The notes under the pieces are model-generated. The model was not told the origin of the DNA, searched no databases, and saw only the letters and a program-made list of their open reading frames with translations. A stretch of 64,000 bases of DNA from a virus. This document shows positions 57,662-64,000 of the stretch, piece after piece; position 1 is the stretch's first letter; every line of letters starts with the position of its first letter. Made by a program: the position numbers and the translations under genes. Where the stretch lies: the IMG/VR virus record IMGVR_UViG_3300045988_119718, positions 188,611 through 252,610 of that record, one strand, 5' to 3'.

Positions 57662-58083
57662 TGGCCGATTGATGAAATTGGAAAACATAAGAGACTTGAT
57701 TTCAAAAACAAAAAATTATATTGGGATATATCGTAAGATTATTCTCAAGAATTTTAATGGAAGAAAATTTAGGTTATCCATTAAAGCCTGATGAAGATGC
57801 TCATTATAAGTATCATTATCAGGTAACATGAGCAGAATAGAAGAGATTCTATTGCTGAATGCGAGCTAAACGGTGAATCCTTTCCTAATGGTAACGCCGT
57901 GCCAATCAATAATAGAAAAGTTATTGAGTGCGTAGAGACTGTACACTCGCTGTCCTAACTATTTATAGAAGGATGAAGACACAGTCCAGACCACAAACTA
58001 TATCTATAGGTAGTGAAAACTATAGTGGTAGGAAAATCTCTCGGTAGTTATACCTTCTGGGTTCGAGTCCCAGATCGGCCACC
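57662..58083 (+). tRNA. tRNA-Leu (anticodon UAA) interrupted between anticodon positions 34 and 35 by a group I intron. Exon 1 is 57662..57696, the intron is 57697..58031 and exon 2 is 58032..58083 including CCA.
   Basis: Acceptor GGCCGAT/ATCGGCC, discriminator A, D-loop AAATTGGAAAA, anticodon loop CTT|AAAA with stems AGAGA/TCTCT, long variable arm CGGTAGTTATACC, T-arm CTGGG-TTCGAGT-CCCAG. Confidence 0.65.
57697..58031 (+). mobile_element. Group I intron (about 335 nt, no ORF) within tRNA-Leu(UAA). R-like element GCGUAGAGACUGUA (about 57929-57942) and S-like AAGACACAGUCC (about 57976-57987). The terminal G is at 58031.
   Basis: The core resembles the cyanobacterial/plastid tRNA-Leu intron: GUGCAGAGACUCG ... 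AAGAGAGAGUCC. Confidence 0.6.
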
Positions 58084-58176
58084 AATTAATCACTTCATTA
58101 TTTTCTCCTTTTAATTATGTATCTATAGACTGATAGCAGTCTATAGATACATATACTCTTTAGAGGTGTTGATATT

Positions 58177-58530
58177 ATGATAGAGATATATGTGCCTAAT
58201 AATGTACTATATGATGAATTAGTCATAAGAACCATTACAAATATTACTATAAAACAATTATGCTTTATAAGTGAAGAATTAGAAGATGTAAAGCAAGCAT
58301 ATGATTTAATAGAAAGAAGAAAGAAAAATAAAGTATCTGATATAGACTTCTATTATATTCGTAATTTAGAATCTAAGTATAGTAAAAATATACGTACTCT
58401 TGCTTCTATATACGAGAAATACTATATGTATATAGCTTTAGAAGAAATACGTAATATGGGAAGATGTTTCTTTAAAGACCATCATACAGAATTACTTGAA
58501 AAGTTAAATGAAATGATAAATGATGATTGA
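58177..58530 (+). CDS. Hypothetical protein, 117 aa.
   Basis: ORF only. Confidence 0.5.
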   Translation: MIEIYVPNNVLYDELVIRTITNITIKQLCFISEELEDVKQAYDLIERRKKNKVSDIDFYYIRNLESKYSKNIRTLASIYEKYYMYIALEEIRNMGRCFFKDHHTELLEKLNEMINDD

Positions 58531-58621
58531 AGCTATAGCTCTAGTCCATATGGACTAGAGCATATTATTTTCCTAAAACATTGTTATAATACTCTAGTAT
58601 AAAAGAGAGGTGATATTTAAA

Positions 58622-60094
58622 ATGGGTACTTTTGCTAATGGCAAGATGATTAATCAAGATTTATCTACTAGCTCTATTACTAATAGATCTACTATAGCTG
58701 CTACTGCTATTAGTGATCCTAATGGTAATAGTAGAACTAATATTATTGAAAATATTACTAATTCTAAGATAAAACGTATCACAGACAATCCATTTTATTT
58801 CTTTACTAATATGCCTATGACCAAAGTTACATTCTATAATATCGATAAGAATGAAACTACTTTAGATGAAGTTATAGACAATACATATAATTTTATAGGG
58901 CCAGCATCCGGTTTAAGATTTGATAAAATAAATGGAGTTATCTTATACGGTATTCAGCGTATGGAATTAAACATAGATATGGGAGAATGGGGTACTGAAG
59001 CAGATCCTATAGAAGGGGATGCTGTACTTCCTCCTAATACATTTGTACCATATGTAAATTCATACTTTTCTATAGACTATATTAATCAACCAGGTAAAGA
59101 AGTACTATTTAGAGTAACTAGTGTCAATATAGATACATTCCCTAATGGTTCTAACTTTTATAAGATGAATTATAAATTGGAATCTATAGGAGAAGATATA
59201 TCCCCACAAGTTGTAAAAGAATACCAATATTTATCATCTAATGTAGGTAGAGGAAATGTATTAGTAGATTCAGAGACTTATAATATGATGAATTCTTATT
59301 CTATTATTATAGAGAATCTTAAACAAGCATATTTTGAATTATTCTTTCAAGAATCTACTCAAGCATTTGTATTTAAATATGGATTTTATGATTACTTTTT
59401 CTATGATCCATACTTGATAGAATTTATGATTAGAAATAAAATATACTCTGCTTCTGATGATAAATACATTTATTTATCTCAACCTGCATGGCCTCCTAAG
59501 TATTTTAATATAGATTACAATCATACTATATTTAAATATGTAGAAGATTTAAAGTCTACTATATGCTATTTCTATGGATATGGATTATTAGTGCAAGACC
59601 CAATGTCATTATTAACCCATAGACTAGAACCATACTACATGATTACAGTTAGAGATGATGATGGCACTAATCTAGTAGGATGCCCATTATTAGAAAGAAT
59701 ACCATTATTTGATACTGATTTGGTAAAACTATTAGGATATGGTTTAGATAAAGATAAGAATAAAATATGTAAATGCGGTTGTGATTGTAATTCTGTATTA
59801 AAAGACCTTCCGAATTATAAAAAGTATTATGAAATACTTTATGATTATTTTAACGGTATACCGATATCATATAATTTAATTGAAACTATTAATGATATTA
59901 AGTTTGTACCATGCAAAGAGTTATACTATACTATACCTTTGCTTATATATATTATTCAAAAAACTGTATCTGATTTAAGCAATGTATCTAATGATGGTAC
60001 TAATGGTTTAGATGAAAATACTAATTATAAAGATGCTAATAATACTAGGACTAACTGTCCTAAAGGATGCTTAGAATGTACGAATAACCGTTAA
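58622..60094 (+). CDS. Hypothetical protein (about 490 aa) with a C-terminal Cys cluster (CKCGCDCNS ... CPKGCLECTNN). Start revised to ATG 58622.
   Basis: SD AGAGAGGTGA lies before ATG 58622. Confidence 0.55.
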   Translation: MGTFANGKMINQDLSTSSITNRSTIAATAISDPNGNSRTNIIENITNSKIKRITDNPFYFFTNMPMTKVTFYNIDKNETTLDEVIDNTYNFIGPASGLRFDKINGVILYGIQRMELNIDMGEWGTEADPIEGDAVLPPNTFVPYVNSYFSIDYINQPGKEVLFRVTSVNIDTFPNGSNFYKMNYKLESIGEDISPQVVKEYQYLSSNVGRGNVLVDSETYNMMNSYSIIIENLKQAYFELFFQESTQAFVFKYGFYDYFFYDPYLIEFMIRNKIYSASDDKYIYLSQPAWPPKYFNIDYNHTIFKYVEDLKSTICYFYGYGLLVQDPMSLLTHRLEPYYMITVRDDDGTNLVGCPLLERIPLFDTDLVKLLGYGLDKDKNKICKCGCDCNSVLKDLPNYKKYYEILYDYFNGIPISYNLIETINDIKFVPCKELYYTIPLLIYIIQKTVSDLSNVSNDGTNGLDENTNYKDANNTRTNCPKGCLECTNNR

Positions 60095-60151
60095 ATCTAA
60101 TAAAAATAAACATATATGTAAAGAAATTTTTATAAGAAAGGGGATTAAAGA

Positions 60152-60355
60152 ATGACACTTACTGATGATTTTGTCTCTCTTATAAAAGAATCTATGGATA
60201 GTGAAGATAATTTAGAAGAAATAATTTCTTTAGATGAAGATCTATCTATTCCAGATAATTTCTATTCAGGCTCATATTTAGAAGAGGAAATTCATAATCT
60301 ATTTCCAGATGATACTATGAGTGCTGAAGTTCTCAAAATTTATGAAACTAACTAA
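60152..60355 (+). CDS. Small acidic protein, 67 aa.
   Basis: ORF with SD AAAGGGGA. Confidence 0.4.
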   Translation: MTLTDDFVSLIKESMDSEDNLEEIISLDEDLSIPDNFYSGSYLEEEIHNLFPDDTMSAEVLKIYETN

Positions 60356-60366
60356 AGGAGGAAATT

Positions 60367-61749
60367 ATGGATTTTGATAATTCTTTCCTTGATTCAGTAT
60401 TAGAAGGTGCAGAAGAAGCTATTGATATGACCTTAGATACTGTTCAAGAACAAGATACTGAAATAGAAGAGACTATATCCACCGATGTAGATGATGTAGA
60501 AATTGATTCTATTATCGGAGATGATGGTAAAGGTTCTTCTGCTTTAATTTCAGATGATGATATTGAAAAAATAGATTCTGGTAAAGACCCAGACTTCGAT
60601 ACTGTAGATGCAGATGCTGCTAAAGGTGCTAAAGATAAAGAAATTAATGATTTAGAAAAAGACATTGAAGATGGGTCTATTATCACTAAGAATGAAATAA
60701 AAGAACTTAAAGAAGGTCAAGAATTATTAGACTTTGTAGGAAGTGTTGTATCTGAAGATTTTGAGTTACCATCTACTGGAGAAGAGAGTATTGGTGAACA
60801 TGAATGTGGTGTATGCCATTGTACTCCGTGTATCTGCAAAGAACGAGTAGATATGATTACTCATCCATCTGAAGAAAACCAGCAACCAAGATTGATTTCT
60901 AATAAAGTTCCTACAGATGGAGTTATTTTTAGTGACGATCATGAATATGATGACTATACTGGAGAAAAACCAACGTTTTCTATGAATCAGCCTCATACAG
61001 TTGAAGAAGATGATTTATTTGATAATACCAATCAGGATTTAACTGGAGTTGAATCTGATGATAAAATTCATGGTAATGATTCTCATGAATTATTCTCTGA
61101 CGATGATGATGATACTGGTTTAGATGATGATGGTGAAATTCCTACAATTCCAGTTACTCCTAAATACAATCCAGAAGATGATAATGAACCGGCAGGCCCA
61201 GTTCAGCCATTAACCGATTGCAAAGAACAAAATCAATATGGATTTAGATTTGAAAATAATAATGAAGAAGGAGACTTAAATATGTTTGAAGATGAAGAAT
61301 TACAATTACTTGATGAATCTTTTGAAGAAGATTTATTAGAAATTGAGGATATCGCTGATGAATCAGCAGAAGAACAAGAACGCAAAGAAGAATATACTTT
61401 CTCTTTAGATGAACAAGCTGAATCTGTAGAAGAAGATCATCCAGATTTTCCAGTAGAAGAGGAAGCTCAGTTTACTCTTGATGAAGCATCTGATTGTTCT
61501 GATGAAAAAGCAGAAGATATTACTGGATCTATGGATGGGTTAGAAGATGTAGATATGTTTAACTCATTTGAAGGCTCTGGCATTAATACTAAACAGTTTG
61601 GTGAAGATGATTTTCTTACTGGTATGAATAAGAATGTTGATGAACCGTCTGGTTCTTTTGCCTCTCAGGATTCTCTTAAATTTTCCCAGGTAGATACTAG
61701 ACCATTTGGTAAAGCAGATGATCCATCTATTGCTGATATGATAAAATAG
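60367..61749 (+). CDS. Extremely acidic (D/E-rich) protein, 460 aa.
   Basis: ORF with SD AAAGGAGGAAATT. Composition is dominated by D/E. Confidence 0.6.
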   Translation: MDFDNSFLDSVLEGAEEAIDMTLDTVQEQDTEIEETISTDVDDVEIDSIIGDDGKGSSALISDDDIEKIDSGKDPDFDTVDADAAKGAKDKEINDLEKDIEDGSIITKNEIKELKEGQELLDFVGSVVSEDFELPSTGEESIGEHECGVCHCTPCICKERVDMITHPSEENQQPRLISNKVPTDGVIFSDDHEYDDYTGEKPTFSMNQPHTVEEDDLFDNTNQDLTGVESDDKIHGNDSHELFSDDDDDTGLDDDGEIPTIPVTPKYNPEDDNEPAGPVQPLTDCKEQNQYGFRFENNNEEGDLNMFEDEELQLLDESFEEDLLEIEDIADESAEEQERKEEYTFSLDEQAESVEEDHPDFPVEEEAQFTLDEASDCSDEKAEDITGSMDGLEDVDMFNSFEGSGINTKQFGEDDFLTGMNKNVDEPSGSFASQDSLKFSQVDTRPFGKADDPSIADMIK

Positions 61750-61944
61750 TTTTATGATTTAATTACTATCATCGAATATTCGATGATAGTAATTATTAGA
61801 GTTTGAAAAGATATATTAAATTATTTTTTATAAAAAAAAATAATAACTATATTATAAAATATAAGCATTTTATTTTATAATAATTCATCCCCATGCTTAT
61901 AAAATAAAATAATAAAAATATTTCTTTAAATGGAGGAATAATAA

Positions 61945-62994
61945 ATGGATAATGAAATGATTATCGATTTCATCAACAATGTAGAACCAGATTTCTCTTA
62001 TGGTGCTTCCGATAGTATGTCTAGAGCTATGGTAGAATCTGCTGAAAATATGGCTCTCATTAATGAATACATCGTTGAATCTACTTATAATGTTTATACT
62101 GAAGCAGAGAACGATGATGATAGTGATAAAAAACTTGGTTTTTTTAGTAAACTGAAACAAAGAATTTCTGCATATTTTACTATATTTATGAATATAGTAA
62201 AAAAATTCATTGCAAAAATTAAAGGGTTTTTTATGACTCTTAAGAGAAAACTTACTGCGGCTTTTGCTAAAGGTATTAAAGCTATTGGTAACTTTGTTAA
62301 TAATCGTATTAACAATAATAGATCTAAATTTGATGCTAAAGATGCTAAAGACGAAATTAAGATTTATGAATGGAATACTGAAAAATATAATTCTTTGCTT
62401 AAATTCTTTGATACTTACAGTGATATTGGTTTTAAATCATACGATGCAGACAATGCAACAGAAAGTATGAATACTAGTATAGAACATATTAAACAGATTT
62501 TTGATGAAAAATTTAATATTGATAAAACTGATAGTGCTAATAGCTTATTAAAAGAAAAAACAATTACTTTTTCTCCAAAAACTTCTTTAAATTTTTTAAA
62601 GGAAGAATATAAATTAAATATTGATAAAAAAATTGATGATATGTATAATGCAATCATGAAGTCTTGTAAAAAAACTATAGAAAACCTTAATACATCTGAA
62701 AAAGAATTAACCAAAATGCTGAAAACTGTATCTCGTAAAGGTAATAAAGAAGATTTTGATTATATTAAAGATAATTTAAAAGCTACAAATAAAGCAATCA
62801 ATGCGGTTAATTCATTAAAATATAAAGCATCTCAAAAAATCGCATCCGCATGCTTAAAATATTACAAAAAATTATTCTCCGCCGTTAGAGGTGTATTTGG
62901 GGGGATTAATCTTTTTGGTGATTCTGATGACGCTGCTAAAGTTAAAGGTAAAAAAAAAATTGATGAGTCTGGAATAATTGATTGTATTAAATAA
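61945..62994 (+). CDS. Hypothetical K/N-rich protein, 349 aa.
   Basis: ORF with SD AATGGAGGAA. Confidence 0.55.
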   Translation: MDNEMIIDFINNVEPDFSYGASDSMSRAMVESAENMALINEYIVESTYNVYTEAENDDDSDKKLGFFSKLKQRISAYFTIFMNIVKKFIAKIKGFFMTLKRKLTAAFAKGIKAIGNFVNNRINNNRSKFDAKDAKDEIKIYEWNTEKYNSLLKFFDTYSDIGFKSYDADNATESMNTSIEHIKQIFDEKFNIDKTDSANSLLKEKTITFSPKTSLNFLKEEYKLNIDKKIDDMYNAIMKSCKKTIENLNTSEKELTKMLKTVSRKGNKEDFDYIKDNLKATNKAINAVNSLKYKASQKIASACLKYYKKLFSAVRGVFGGINLFGDSDDAAKVKGKKKIDESGIIDCIK

Positions 62995-63056
62995 TAAATA
63001 AAAAAAAATAATTAAGTCATCCACTTTCTAGTGGATGACTTAATTATTTTTTAAGT

Positions 63057-63794
63057 TTATGAAATATAGCAATCATAATTATGATTATTATTTAATACGC
63101 AATGAAGTCTATTATTATTATTATTAATTAATGTAAATTCATTAATATTCGCTATAGTATTGTTACTAAATTTCATATTGGTGAAAAGTTTTTTATTAAA
63201 TGATAATGGTAATTTGTTAATAATAATTGATAATTTATTAGCAAATTTTTTTCGATCGTTCTTAGTCCAATAATGATTAATAATCGAATTTGTTAGTGGG
63301 TCATTAAAATCAATAAATTTATTTAAATTATTTTGCTCAGCATTAGTATTAATAACAGCTCTATTACTATTATCGATAATATAATCATTGTTATAGTAAA
63401 AAATATTATTATTATACATAATAGTTTTTTTATTAAAGTCAATTAATAATGAATCATTATTGATACTAAATGCAATAGTATTATCATTATCATCCTCAAT
63501 TACATTATTAATAGAAATATTTTCCAATAGTGTTTTTATCATATCATTGTTATGAATAATTTTAATAAGTTTTAAAAGATTGGTTTTACCATAGCGAATA
63601 TTCATTTTTATTAATAAAGAAAATTGCTTATTTTTAAAACAATTCATATTAATTAAAGAATTTGCTATGCGATTTTTTAAAAAATCATATGATACGCTAA
63701 TTTCATTGTAATTACATAATTTCATAATAGGTTCCTCCTTTAGGAAATAAAGTCTAATAATGATAATTAGACTAAATATAATAATGAATCTCAT
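63057..63794 (-). CDS. Hypothetical Asn/Ile-rich protein, 245 aa.
   Basis: ORF with SD AAAGGAGGAA upstream on the minus strand. Confidence 0.5.
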   Translation of the reverse strand: MRFIIIFSLIIIIRLYFLKEEPIMKLCNYNEISVSYDFLKNRIANSLINMNCFKNKQFSLLIKMNIRYGKTNLLKLIKIIHNNDMIKTLLENISINNVIEDDNDNTIAFSINNDSLLIDFNKKTIMYNNNIFYYNNDYIIDNSNRAVINTNAEQNNLNKFIDFNDPLTNSIINHYWTKNDRKKFANKLSIIINKLPLSFNKKLFTNMKFSNNTIANINEFTLINNNNNRLHCVLNNNHNYDCYIS

Positions 63795-63850
63795 ATGAGA
63801 TTCATTATTATATTATATAATTGAAAAAATTTATACAACTATAAAAATCT

Positions 63851-64000
63851 CAATACACTATAGTTAGTTAGTATAAGTTTTCTTTTTTTTGATACATTTA
63901 TGTAATACTATATTTAGTATATATAAATCATAAACAATATATTTTTAATGGAGGTTTATACTATGATTTATACAGAAGAAGATTTGAAACAAGCATATAC
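63851..64000 (+). repeat. Copy 2 of the 150-bp duplicated promoter/RBS/5'-coding module (matches 36714..36863). It extends to the window edge.
   Basis: Near-identical alignment. Confidence 0.7.
63963..64000 (+). CDS. 5' end of a paralog of the 36826 gene (MIYTEEDLKQAY...), truncated by the window edge.
   Basis: Identical first 13 codons and RBS. Confidence 0.5.
   Translation, partial: MIYTEEDLKQAY

Overview
This window looks like part of a large virulent phage. It is AT-rich, has strong Firmicute-style Shine-Dalgarno sites (AGGAGGTGA), and carries no recognisable host housekeeping genes. Several products are recognisable from motifs. A 2767-aa tape-measure-like protein carries C-terminal lytic transglycosylase and M23 peptidase domains. 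There is a T4 gp21-like prohead protease, a gp25-like baseplate protein and a RusA-like resolvase. There are at least two subunits of a divergent multisubunit RNA polymerase: a beta-prime N-terminal gene, and a 1448-aa protein with bridge-helix and trigger-loop-like motifs. A tRNA cluster encodes Ile(UAU), Ser(UGA), Asn(GUU), Gln(UUG) and Leu(UAA). The most notable observations are these. The RNAP beta-prime gene is split immediately upstream of its catalytic NSTDLDGD (NADFDGD-type) motif by a roughly 860-nt group I-like intron that carries an HNH homing endonuclease. The tRNA-Leu(UAA) gene is interrupted in its anticodon loop by a roughly 335-nt group I intron with clear R and S core elements. 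A DUF285/BspA-like repeat surface-protein gene starts at a strong SD/ATG but is out of frame with its body across a G10 homopolymer, which could indicate phase variation or recoding. Three tandem small paralogous genes each have an identical leader and covarying palindromes. A 150-bp promoter plus 5'-coding module is duplicated 27 kb apart. A 1.8-kb noncoding island holds a G-quadruplex-like tract, a 26-bp perfect palindrome and 104-nt tandem repeats. A long open frame without a start codon continues directly past the TAA of the 959-aa gene. Most functional calls rest on motif recognition by eye and need HMM or BLAST confirmation.
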